Positions 12,401 through 19,365 of a DNA stretch of 64,000 nt are shown in pieces; position 1 is the stretch's first letter; each line of letters opens with the position of its first letter. The stretch is from a virus. Its lineage: Duplodnaviria > Heunggongvirae > Uroviricota > Caudoviricetes. The translations under genes were made by a program, and so were the position numbers. The notes under the pieces are model-generated. The model saw nothing but the letters and a program-made list of their open reading frames with translations, was not told where the DNA came from and made no database searches. The stretch lies in IMG/VR virus record IMGVR_UViG_2925897562_000001. One strand, given 5' to 3'.

Positions 12401-13194
12401 AAGACGAGATCAAGCAGACAATGGACGCAGCAAGCGCGCGCATTGCAGCAGAACGGAAAGCCAATCTGAATCATGCAGTCGCCGCGCTGACTCAATCGTG
12501 GGTAACAGCAATCAGGAAGGCCGCCACCACAGGGAAAATCACACCGGCAATTGCGGATGTCGTAAACGACGGCTCTAAATTTATGGATGCCTATCAAATG
12601 GATGCGGTGCAGTTGCCATCAGCCTATGGGCAACTCAGCTATCGCATGACCTACAACCTGGTATCAATGTTTACCGACCTTGCCATCCTTGGGCTGGTGG
12701 ACCTTAACGAGGTTACGCCGGAATTGCTCAGCATGCGCAAGAATCATGTGGAGATATTGCACAGAATTAACACGGTACTTGCCGGGCGCACCGATGAAGA
12801 GAAACAGGCAGACGCTGATCGGATAAACCTGGCCCTTGGCAACATCACGGAGGAAGAAATTGCCGCCAGAAACGAGAAACAAGAAGAGTTATCATCAATA
12901 CAGGGTGATGCCACCAGCATAGCTCAGTCTCTTGGTCTGAATTATCGCGTATCCACCGCCGACCTGAAGATGATGTACGCACCAAAATTCGCCGCTGGCG
13001 AGGTATTTGGGCTTCAGGAAGCCTCCGGCATGAAAGGGGTTCTTTTCCGTGCGAAAGACGCAATCAAGGCGAAATTCGGCGCTCGCTGGTTGCCAGCGAA
13101 GGCGAAGAACAGCGACTTCCCAGGTAACTGGTGGATTATCGAGACAAAACACAACGTGGCGGACGTTCTGGCCGTCATCCAACAATACGCATAA
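6427..13194 (+). CDS. darB: DarB antirestriction protein (N-terminal methyltransferase-like plus SF2 helicase domains)
   Basis: 2255 aa, same length as recalled P1 DarB; motifs GNVPFGG, GFGTGLGKTT (Walker A), VIADEGHNYRN (DExH). Confidence 0.9.
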   Translation: MNKLSMGVFRCSSVSEILKYIRAITSHRAPIKYGVEKVEGKSYDRLRREANQKAIDLLNSLVDGATLTDEQRQILAGYTGEGGIGGSVSEYYTPKPIAEGVWEIMKLYGADVGNTLEPSAGTGVFNETKPVGTVMTATEISSVSGRINQLLHPEDSVQISPFEQLAVSTPNDSFDHVVGNVPFGGRDNTRNIDKPYAEETDMGSYFMLRMLDKIKPGGFMCVIVPPSIVSGSNMKRLRLRLSRKAEFLGAHRLPTGTFDANGTSTVVDVVLMRKHPAEMAEKIPLVDESTLESANVLWPTFISGKWFEKDGRRFVHGTQEKGFQGRIEVRADGQIDNQALKAKLIHRFESRIDWSLLDMAEPSPTADVVGEGEMRLINGVWQKYAGGRWIEADAGKELKIDAASYGADSWEALQRNLTTTEGRLGMTFTQMANVRDKYTTSISDDMVQLVDWINSQPEKYRERLYRGAMIGRMLIEYQDMKAAGHSAEQIEQQRLSLVSRLQAEIDRFGNPGRGPIAKLSGSGARAWFAFRGAIKLDGTISDELTGKLVTHDSSASYDSTSYQDTLRYLYSDLTRDPIQLDDFRLAFTGELPASDEELLNLLASTPGIAVSPYGGIVPFARATSGDINEIVAPKQEFLATLPDGPVKNNVLNQLAAIEEKRIKTPAENIRFKLNSRWFDRSVILEFLQENGYPDLRYVQSVQLEGDEMVSDTYHGGDGLFVGHRYGVVQRKDKETGEIRYEWDRKSGENATGFPAQLEKYLNGARIGGKDSATANGYREQMALLEDQFNKWIKTHDRYDELVAKYNDVFNSNIPYEHSGDPLGLKGLSGKRQPFDYQNSEVRRLSEDGRGILGFGTGLGKTTTALALEAFNYENGRSTRTAYVVPKSVLENWYYEAKEFLSEEAFSNYLFVGLDVLMDGDQIRQVPVLDENGKPVLGTDGTPVMRDALKLADEATITARMNAIPHSNYRAVVFTKEQYARIPLRDDTVDEHAQDMLYDFVAAGRVASAMDSDSHRKEAARRRVLSEYSDTGTEKAEKYPYFEDMGFDSVIADEGHNYRNSYKNGREASQLAYLPTSAVAQSARDMAIKNAYLMKKNGGRGPVLLTATPVVNTPIDAYNMLSHVLPKEYWQNMGIYGPDDFVKFFGKTRLETVQKISGEVEEKMALVGFENLDALRGIFHRWVTLKTAEDVKDTVEIPELDEHQQDAPLTEEQLAAYEELRQQAEAAAKANNGVTTSVNEDGVIEHEKARPIFSIIRDMDRVCTDMDLYYRRITYRFLPEYADAVQQLADSLPKQATSEDDDSDDSITQQSQYSLIDKGEFIQLQVPEAFEQEVNKRLARFGIDEQTVTHPVTPKYAKLIATLKEFFPEGKQIIFTDEKTQHQKLKRIICNALNLEPSKVGILNAQTVAEAGKTGKKLKAVKPPKELPDEPTDAQIAKYNEQMALYDAYIAQQNEMSLGGLEKIAADFQEGRTPIIICNKKAEVGINLHRGTTDIHHLTLPWTPASIAQRNGRGARVGSNRASVRVHYYCGKGSFDEYRLKTLKRKAGWISDILRSDKSEMENADANDMIEMQMYTAKDDGERLAMMQVQMDKAKAAKRARQKEQATIDLQNYIKAQHAAGEDVEVLTAELERSKAELEKTTADVAKFKQAVMAKAADNADWKARWGSVHHTDRMLLAQYRASLKSAIQRKANISQAISRYEKLLNRTQKAATDIKRLRPLVEDAINKGILDVDPDLVNHANEFLVIGDRSWRVGQYYDCAGDIVRIKSLDFDSQRADVEIIFTFKGTKSGNWDVKTLDKQVDVTPDEDAVMQKISGGVSIAGINDIVSCDDFYRFQQRGMIKITDSYGVQTTESGYSIDFVGTYTDPLKHAVYPDRRDSALKSSIAKWVLGMMSEGNNRQIRSAETFLVELFGSNYGDVIASYGDTLSPEAIQEKIADAIARMPEKTSQGATRNGDSELEVTNAIFGTNEFRASDYEITTAQFGTIGIYSNKDEIKQTMDAASARIAAERKANLNHAVAALTQSWVTAIRKAATTGKITPAIADVVNDGSKFMDAYQMDAVQLPSAYGQLSYRMTYNLVSMFTDLAILGLVDLNEVTPELLSMRKNHVEILHRINTVLAGRTDEEKQADADRINLALGNITEEEIAARNEKQEELSSIQGDATSIAQSLGLNYRVSTADLKMMYAPKFAAGEVFGLQEASGMKGVLFRAKDAIKAKFGARWLPAKAKNSDFPGNWWIIETKHNVADVLAVIQQYA

Positions 13195-13227
13195 CAGGAG
13201 CGCCCGGTTCGCCGGGCGTCGCATAAT

Positions 13228-13668
13228 ATGGCCACACTATCTGATACAATAAAACCGAATAAAACATATCTTGAGGCGGTACTCCGTACAGCGTTGTTAG
13301 GAAAGACAGAAGACGAATACGTTGATTTCTTCCTGTCAGGGCTACGCGGGCGATTACTGAAAAATCCCCGCCTGTACCGCAGCTATGGTCCATACTGGCC
13401 GGAAATTAAAAAATTATTACTGGAGCGCGGTTATGGTAATTTCGGTCGTCTCGTTGACCGTGACGTTCGCAAAATTTACCGTTATGACCGCCCGGCGCTA
13501 ACACTCATAGCCGCGACGCTCTACAGCCAGGAGCGTTTTGATAATGGTCAGATATACTCAGCCTGGCATTTACTGCCAGTGCCTGAAGAAGTTGACGACC
13601 AGGACTATGAGTTTGAGTCTTACGATTTGGAAGTTGAAGCCTTGGCACAGGCTGGAGAGAAAACTTGA
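13228..13668 (+). CDS. ulx: Ulx-like protein (upstream of lxc)
   Basis: 146 aa ORF immediately after darB, overlapping start of next ORF; P1 synteny. Confidence 0.6.
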   Translation: MATLSDTIKPNKTYLEAVLRTALLGKTEDEYVDFFLSGLRGRLLKNPRLYRSYGPYWPEIKKLLLERGYGNFGRLVDRDVRKIYRYDRPALTLIAATLYSQERFDNGQIYSAWHLLPVPEEVDDQDYEFESYDLEVEALAQAGEKT

Positions 13669-13913
13669 AAAAGCGATACTACACAGTAAAGCATGGGACG
13701 CTACGAGCATTACAAGAGTTTGCTGATAAGCATAACGTTGAGGTGCGCAGGGAAGGGGGAAGTAAAGCTCTGCGCATGTACCGCCCGGACGGGAAATGGC
13801 GGACGGTGGTCGATTTCAAAACTAACAGTGTTCCCCAGGGCGTCCGCGATCGGGCATTCGAAGAATGGGAGCAGATCATCATAGATAACGCATTGCTCCT
13901 GAATGCAGATTGA
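13665..13913 (+). CDS. lxc: Lxc/Bof-like C1 co-repressor
   Basis: 82 aa, size and position match recalled P1 lxc (bof). Confidence 0.6.
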   Translation: MKKRYYTVKHGTLRALQEFADKHNVEVRREGGSKALRMYRPDGKWRTVVDFKTNSVPQGVRDRAFEEWEQIIIDNALLLNAD

Positions 13914-13917
13914 CAAT

Positions 13918-13946
13918 TTTGCCCGGAATTACCGGGCAAAATTAAG
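13918..13946. terminator. bidirectional terminator ttttgcccgg-aatta-ccgggcaaaa between lxc and toxSAS gene
   Basis: 10-bp perfect inverted repeat flanked by A/T runs on both sides. Confidence 0.6.
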
Positions 13947-13949
13947 CAA

Positions 13950-15086
13950 CTATCCTTCGTTACGAAGATGCTTATCTAAGAATTTTGTAAACTGGTTTGT
14001 TGAGCCAAAATAGTTGGGGTAGGCTTTTTTTAGTGACTTAATGTTATCTGTAGCAACGAGAACAGATATCAATACATTAGGATTAGAATCGTCTTTATTT
14101 AAGGCCTCAAGGGCTTCATCTGCTTCTTTTGTTTTAAATGCGCGAACAGACACTAGGAACATTTTTTTGTTTTTTGTATTGGGCTTGTTTTCTGCATTTC
14201 TCATTGTTACTAAGTAATGCCCCTTATGATTTTTTGGCAACTTCTTAATCAAATTCGCGTCAGAAGTTAAATTTAAGGCGATGGTGTATGTGCTTAGTTT
14301 CCTCCGTACAGATAAAGTCCGTTCCAGCTCTTTAAGCTCGCCTTCATACTGAGATACAACTAGCTCATCAAGAGTGCAGGCTTTTTCGTCGTGCGCTACA
14401 AGACATCCGGCTAGATAGAAAAATCGTCTCCATTCTGGATGCCCTTCACTTGAAGTTTTCAGCTTGATACCTTCAAGGGTATCAATTATTTCAAGGCTGG
14501 TAGCCCAAGCATGCTGCAATTGAGTTCTTAACTGTATCTCAATCTTTGTTTTTCGCCACGGATATTGATCCTCTTTCTGATCGAAGCAACTGTATGCAAG
14601 GTGGATTCCACTATAGCCGCTGTCTTTGGGAGTAAGATAATCATACTCTTTAACAATCCTATGAACAGATTTGCTTTTTAAAAGACGTTCCTTTAGCTGT
14701 ATCAACTGGTCTAAGTTTCTGACAATGGCCCTACATCCGCCAACGTCCTGCATCCGTGTTAATTTAATTGCATTGCTAGTTCTGCCTCCATCAAGACTAG
14801 GACGCTCTAGTTTATCTATTATGGTAGAAAGTCGCTTAAGTCTTCTTGCAACGAGAATCTTTTTGTCCTTGTCAACCTTAGCAGCTGCTCTTGCTAAATG
14901 ATTTTTCATGAGCATTAATGGATAAAGATGCAGCTCACGGAAATTTTGTATCATTTCAATAGATTGCTGCCTTTCTTCGTCACTACACCCGTGCCTTATC
15001 AATTGAGCAGCCCTATCAATTTGAGATTTTGAATATTTCAACTTGCATTTTTGACTTTGATAAACTTCATTCCCCATTGCTTTCAT
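13950..15086 (-). CDS. RelA/SpoT-homolog small alarmone synthetase-type toxin with C-terminal extension (fused toxSAS, CapRel-like)
   Basis: 378 aa; RSH synthetase motifs RLKRLSTIIDKL (aa 81-92), GGCRAIV (116-122), YSGIHLAY (157-164), EIQLRTQLQHAWA (183-195); AT-rich versus flanks; occupies the res-mod position of P1. Confidence 0.85.
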   Translation of the reverse strand: MKAMGNEVYQSQKCKLKYSKSQIDRAAQLIRHGCSDEERQQSIEMIQNFRELHLYPLMLMKNHLARAAAKVDKDKKILVARRLKRLSTIIDKLERPSLDGGRTSNAIKLTRMQDVGGCRAIVRNLDQLIQLKERLLKSKSVHRIVKEYDYLTPKDSGYSGIHLAYSCFDQKEDQYPWRKTKIEIQLRTQLQHAWATSLEIIDTLEGIKLKTSSEGHPEWRRFFYLAGCLVAHDEKACTLDELVVSQYEGELKELERTLSVRRKLSTYTIALNLTSDANLIKKLPKNHKGHYLVTMRNAENKPNTKNKKMFLVSVRAFKTKEADEALEALNKDDSNPNVLISVLVATDNIKSLKKAYPNYFGSTNQFTKFLDKHLRNEG

Positions 15087-15179
15087 CCATTTTAAATGAT
15101 TTACATGCTGTTACATCTAATGATAAAGCGGTTAGAAAATCAATGGAGAATGTAACCACAAAATTACTGTATGTAATTG

Positions 15180-15821
15180 TTAAAAATAATTATGCTTGCC
15201 TGTTAATACCCCTTTCGGCACTTTTTTTTGTTCCAGTATCTGGGTGCCCAGAATTATGTTAATCAGTGGACTTAGTAACGATGGTTCTTGGCGGGCCTCA
15301 ACTTCTCCAGCCATTGCCCTGATGTAGTCGGCGCTGGCAACGTTGTTGTATTCCGTCGCAAAGCAACATAGTAACGTCAGAACATGCTCTGTCGTTATTT
15401 CGCTCCAGTTGATGTTGAAAAATTCATCGCCTTTTTTATCGTGTTCGGAATCGAAGATGCTTTGGTGGAGAATGTATTTGCCGGATTCCTTGCGCGGTAA
15501 CTTGATTGCTTTCTGGCGTTCCAGCTCCTTATAAATCTGCATTGCCTCAATTAGTACCGGCCTGCCGTTCATGAAGGGATCGCGCAACCTTACACGCTGG
15601 CCAACTCGACCAGTAATAAAGCTGTTTTCCTCTTCCACCAGCACGATAAAACCCTTTTCCTCTTTTTCTCGCAATTCGCGCAGCAGCTGGAGTTCCATAT
15701 CGCGGCGGCGTTCAGGGTAGCTGGTCCGCTCAGCCATTATCAGCTCGTTATTGATCCATGCAGCAGTCATTGACGCCGGTTTGCCGACGCTCATCGAAAC
15801 AACGCATATTTTCTTATCCAT
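15180..15821 (-). CDS. mat: particle maturation protein
   Basis: 213 aa from ATG 15821; position between ref and the res-mod slot as in P1. Confidence 0.6.
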   Translation of the reverse strand: MDKKICVVSMSVGKPASMTAAWINNELIMAERTSYPERRRDMELQLLRELREKEEKGFIVLVEEENSFITGRVGQRVRLRDPFMNGRPVLIEAMQIYKELERQKAIKLPRKESGKYILHQSIFDSEHDKKGDEFFNINWSEITTEHVLTLLCCFATEYNNVASADYIRAMAGEVEARQEPSLLSPLINIILGTQILEQKKVPKGVLTGKHNYF

Positions 15822-16010
15822 AGCGCCCCCTACAAAAAAGAAAAGCCACCAGCGGCGGCTTAGCAATACAACTGAAGGTAGCGCCCGGTACTCAGACTGT
15901 GCCGTCCATGGAATATTTGAAAAGGGATCCATCCGTACCGGGCATGTGATGATTCTGACTGAAGTCACTTGTCAGTTGTCAATCATTTATCATTAAAAAT
16001 AATATATTTA

Positions 16011-16571
16011 TTAGTGCATGATGTTTGCCATCTCATAGGCGTCAGCCAGTAACTCCATCTCTGACTTGTTCAGCAAGGTGAATTCTTTCTTGCCTCCAAC
16101 CACACCATCGGCATGAACAGGGACCAGCCAGGGGTATTTTGCTCTTACTTCAGCCGGTGCTGCATGCTGGTGGTGCCATCTGCAAAGGGGCAATTGCTTT
16201 TTGTGACAACCCGGCGCGGTACGACCGGAGATATGGTGCAGAGACACCTCTTCAGATATTACTCCATGCATGTAGCAGGCAATGCAGGGGAGAGTGCCAA
16301 GAGCATTGGCGATAGTCTGTTCCTCCTCCGTCGGTGTTCGCCCCTTCAAGCCACGAGATTTTATTTTTACCGCACTTTTCCGCGTTTTGCTGGCTGGTGG
16401 GCGCTCTTTCTGTTTAGCGATACGGCGGTCGATAGAATCCCGCATTTTCTGATATTGCGATTCTCGCCAGGCGGGGTCAGCCAACTTTTCCCGTTGCCGA
16501 GCGATCGCTCGTTCTCTGGCTGCCTTCTGCCACTCGCGGCGCTGTTCAAGTTTTTGTTCGATTGTTTTCAT
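16011..16571 (-). CDS. ref: Ref recombination enhancement HNH-family endonuclease
   Basis: 186 aa from ATG 16571 (MKTIEQKLEQ...); Cys/His cluster CIACYMHG...HHISG...CRWHH; matches recalled P1 Ref. Confidence 0.9.
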   Translation of the reverse strand: MKTIEQKLEQRREWQKAARERAIARQREKLADPAWRESQYQKMRDSIDRRIAKQKERPPASKTRKSAVKIKSRGLKGRTPTEEEQTIANALGTLPCIACYMHGVISEEVSLHHISGRTAPGCHKKQLPLCRWHHQHAAPAEVRAKYPWLVPVHADGVVGGKKEFTLLNKSEMELLADAYEMANIMH

Positions 16572-16669
16572 ATGGCAAAAAAAAGGCGGCCTAATGGCCG
16601 CCAATGATGTCAAGGAGTGAAGTAATGGCAACGTCTTCGTAGTTGACAAAAACTGCGGCCAAATTATAG

Positions 16670-16686
16670 CAATCAATTAGAGCAAT
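16670..16686 (-). promoter_or_regulatory. C1 operator (ATTGCTCTAAT core) upstream of ref
   Basis: core identical to C1 operator consensus; P1 ref is known to be C1-controlled. Confidence 0.5.
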
Positions 16687-16818
16687 GGTATATATTTTGT
16701 TTCTCGCGAATCACATTTTTTCACTTCAGTACCTGTGTGCTATACTCCTTCTTGATTGATTGGATGCGGAATACAAACCCGCTCTTTTGTGCAGCCTGGC
16801 TCCTTGCCAGGCTTTTTT

Positions 16819-17130
16819 TTATTTCATCATGGAAGCGGTTAACGCTTTGGACCTTGCTGAACTGATTGAAAGGGCATTGTTTACCTTACCCAGGAGTTCG
16901 CCAAATTCCCCCATCACTCTAGTAAGCCCGCGCCGCGCTTCCTCCTCCGTTGCATTCATCACAAAATGTTCAGCACTCCGCATGCTTTTAACGGGGAACG
17001 CAACAGATATCGAGTCGATATCAGGCATCCTATCGCTCAACTTTACGGTGACAATGACAGATGGCGACAGAATATTAGTGCTTACAGACAGCACTACATA
17101 TTTTCCGTCGATGTTGAAATCCTTTCTCAT
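16819..17130 (-). CDS. cra: Cra (cre-associated) protein
   Basis: 103 aa ORF between cre and ref, P1 synteny. Confidence 0.6.
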   Translation of the reverse strand: MRKDFNIDGKYVVLSVSTNILSPSVIVTVKLSDRMPDIDSISVAFPVKSMRSAEHFVMNATEEEARRGLTRVMGEFGELLGKVNNALSISSARSKALTASMMK

Positions 17131-17146
17131 ATGCCACCATAAATAT

Positions 17147-17163
17147 CAAAGAATTAGAGCAAT
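17147..17163 (-). promoter_or_regulatory. C1 operator-like site (core ATTGCTCTAAT, degenerate 3' half) upstream of cra
   Basis: 11-bp core match, 4 mismatches overall. Confidence 0.35.
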
Positions 17164-17180
17164 CATTTACGCGTTAATGG

Positions 17181-18212
17181 CTAATTGCCATCTTCCAGCA
17201 GGCGCACCATTGCCCCTGTTTCACTATCCAGGTTACGGATATAGTTCATGACAATATTTACATTGGTCCAGCCACCAGCTTGCATGATCTCCGGTATTGA
17301 AACTCCAGCGCGGGCCATATCTCGCGCTGCTCCGACACGGGCACTGTGTCCAGACCAGGCCAGGTATCTCTGACCAGAGTCATCCTTAGCGCCGTAAATC
17401 AATCGATGAGTTGCTTCAAAAATCCCTTCCAGGGCGCGAGTTGATAGCTGGCTGGTGGCAGATGGCGCGGCAACACCATTTTTTCTGACCCGGCAAAACA
17501 GGTAGTTATTCGGATCATCAGCTACACCAGAGACAGAAATCCATCGCTCGACCAGTTTAGTTACCCCCAGGCTAAGTGCCTTCTCTACACCTGCGGTGCT
17601 AACCAGCGTTTTCGTTCTGCCAATATGGATTAACATTCTCCCACCGTCAGTACGTGAGATATCTTTAACCCTGATCCTGGCAATTTCTGCTATACGTAGC
17701 AGGGTATTATAAGCAATCCCAAGAAATGCCAGATTACGTATATCCTGGCAGCGATCGCTATTTTCCATGAGTGAACGAACCTGGTCGAAATCAGTGCGTT
17801 CGAACGCCAATGCCTGTTTTGCACGTTCACCGGCATCAACGTTTTCTTTTCGAATCCGCCGCATGACCAGTGAAACAGCATTGCTGTCACTTGGTCGTGG
17901 CAGCCCGGACCGACGATGAAGCATGTTTAGCTGGCCCAAATGTTGCTGGATAGTTTTTACTGCCAGACCGCGCGCCTGAAGATATAGAAGATAATCGCGA
18001 ACATCTTCAGGTTCTGCGGGAAACCATTTCCGGTTATTCAACTTGCACCATGCCGCCCACGACCGGCAAACGGACAGAAGCATTTTCCAGGTATGCTCAG
18101 AAAACGCCTGGCGATCCCTGAACATGTCCATCAGGTTCTTGCGAACCTCATCACTCGTTGCATCGACCGGTAATGCAGGCAAATTTTGGTGTACGGTCAG
18201 TAAATTGGACAT
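17181..18212 (-). CDS. cre: Cre tyrosine site-specific recombinase
   Basis: 343 aa; recognised as Cre from recalled sequence (MSNLLTVHQNLPALPVDATSDEVRKNLMDMF...), consistent with the adjacent loxP. Confidence 0.97.
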   Translation of the reverse strand: MSNLLTVHQNLPALPVDATSDEVRKNLMDMFRDRQAFSEHTWKMLLSVCRSWAAWCKLNNRKWFPAEPEDVRDYLLYLQARGLAVKTIQQHLGQLNMLHRRSGLPRPSDSNAVSLVMRRIRKENVDAGERAKQALAFERTDFDQVRSLMENSDRCQDIRNLAFLGIAYNTLLRIAEIARIRVKDISRTDGGRMLIHIGRTKTLVSTAGVEKALSLGVTKLVERWISVSGVADDPNNYLFCRVRKNGVAAPSATSQLSTRALEGIFEATHRLIYGAKDDSGQRYLAWSGHSARVGAARDMARAGVSIPEIMQAGGWTNVNIVMNYIRNLDSETGAMVRLLEDGN

Positions 18213-18219
18213 TTAACAC

Positions 18220-18441
18220 TCAGATAATGGTTTTAAGTAAAGTGTACAGGATCGGCCCTGCCTTTACCTGTTTATGGTTCTCGTCATAGAAACGCCAGCG
18301 ACCGCGCGTGCGTTCTATTTTCTCTTCACCGCGCGATAATGACAGTTGGTAACTATCACGATCAAACCCTTTTGCCCGCCAGTAACCACGGTTTTTCTCA
18401 AGCTCAAGATGAGTGGACACTTTAGCAGCTGAATATCCCAT
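18220..18441 (-). CDS. hypothetical 73-aa protein between loxP and cre
   Basis: ATG with GAGGTGA SD 5 nt upstream; basic protein; not a recalled P1 gene. Confidence 0.3.
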   Translation of the reverse strand: MGYSAAKVSTHLELEKNRGYWRAKGFDRDSYQLSLSRGEEKIERTRGRWRFYDENHKQVKAGPILYTLLKTII

Positions 18442-18630
18442 TTTTCACCTCTGATTGATTGGTGGTGCTAAGTGCGCTACGCGAAATCTGGAGCACTAAC
18501 ACTGCCAACATTTCGCAGATTTTACGTAGCGCAACCTTGATCAAATGATCAAGTGATCACTATTTGACCTGATAAGGTATTGAACTGTATGGATTTACAG
18601 GTAAATTGATCATGTTCAATAACCCTTAAG

Positions 18631-18664
18631 ATAACTTCGTATAATGTATGCTATACGAAGTTAT
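18631..18664. other. loxP: loxP recombination site (13-bp inverted repeats around 8-bp spacer)
   Basis: exact ATAACTTCGTATA-ATGTATGC-TATACGAAGTTAT. Confidence 0.97.
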
Positions 18665-18707
18665 TAGGTCCGAAGAGGAGTTTACGTCCAGCTGCGCATA
18701 AAAATCA

Positions 18708-18724
18708 AGAATTATTAGAGCAAT
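18708..18724 (-). promoter_or_regulatory. C1 operator (ATTGCTCTAATAATTCT, 2 mismatches)
   Basis: match to C1 operator consensus; part of the operator cluster upstream of coi-c1. Confidence 0.55.
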
Positions 18725-18790
18725 AAATTTTGAGAGAAAAATCCCACTCCACCAGCCAAAAACTGGATTGTTTTTCATAGTTGTTTGACA

Positions 18791-18807
18791 ATTGCTCTAA
18801 TAAATTA
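18791..18807 (+). promoter_or_regulatory. C1 operator (ATTGCTCTAATAAATTA, 1 mismatch) overlapping sigma70-like promoter TTGACA-N15-TATAGT
   Basis: operator sits between -35 and -10 hexamers of a rightward promoter toward coi-c1. Confidence 0.7.
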
Positions 18808-19045
18808 TAGTTTTGCCGCCGTTTCGTAATACGACTTTGGATTCACTATTTAATGTGTCTTCAGCGTTGTAGAGCGGCTCAGAAGGAAATGAGCAAACAG
18901 GGAAACCTTATACAACGGCATTACAGCTATGCATTGCTCATCTTACACACAGCGCAATGTTGTTAGATTACCCCAGCATGGATCATGGGTGAAACAGTAG
19001 GTCAGAGCTTCAGGCTCTGTGTTGTCAATACAGTGAGGCATAATT

Positions 19046-19255
19046 ATGGCTTTCATTCCACCAACCATCGACGACGTTAGACATTGCTCTAACGCTTTAT
19101 CTGTAGACCCCGCCGAAACCGACGCTGCCCGCGCCATTGCTGAACACTACTCAAAGATATCCAATCAGGAGTACCGCATCACCCAAGACGACCTGGATGA
19201 TCTCACTGACACAATCGAATATCTCATGGCCACTAACCAGCCAGACTCACAATAA
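19046..19255 (+). CDS. coi: C1 inactivator
   Basis: 69 aa ORF immediately upstream of c1, size and position as P1 coi. Confidence 0.85.
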   Translation: MAFIPPTIDDVRHCSNALSVDPAETDAARAIAEHYSKISNQEYRITQDDLDDLTDTIEYLMATNQPDSQ

Positions 19256-19271
19256 ATGCACTAATAAATCT
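19255..19271 (+). promoter_or_regulatory. C1 operator-like site (AATGCACTAATAAATCT) followed by TATAAT at 19293-19298
   Basis: 3 mismatches to consensus; immediately after coi stop, upstream of c1. Confidence 0.45.
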
Positions 19272-19365
19272 ATTATTTTCGTTGGATCCTTCTATAATGG
19301 TGGCCAACAACTCCCAGTGTAATCCGCTGTGAGTTGTTGGCCATGTCAATTCTGGAGGAGGATCA

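Noticed and set aside
6460-13235. Numerous 60-180 aa ORFs in other frames and on the minus strand inside darB
   Set aside because: Fully embedded in a 2255-aa ORF with conserved methyltransferase and helicase motifs; no RBS or conservation signal; typical spurious frames.
13914-15179. Looked for type III restriction-modification genes (res/mod) expected here from P1 synteny
   Set aside because: No helicase-nuclease or adenine-methyltransferase ORF is present in the mat-lxc interval; only the single RelA/SpoT-like gene.
15822-15968. N-terminal extension of mat up to the alternative start at 15968 (262-aa version)
   Set aside because: The extension is non-ATG initiated and encodes an implausible Trp/Phe-rich leader (RRWWLFFFVGG); the ATG at 15821 with an AGGGGG SD is preferred.
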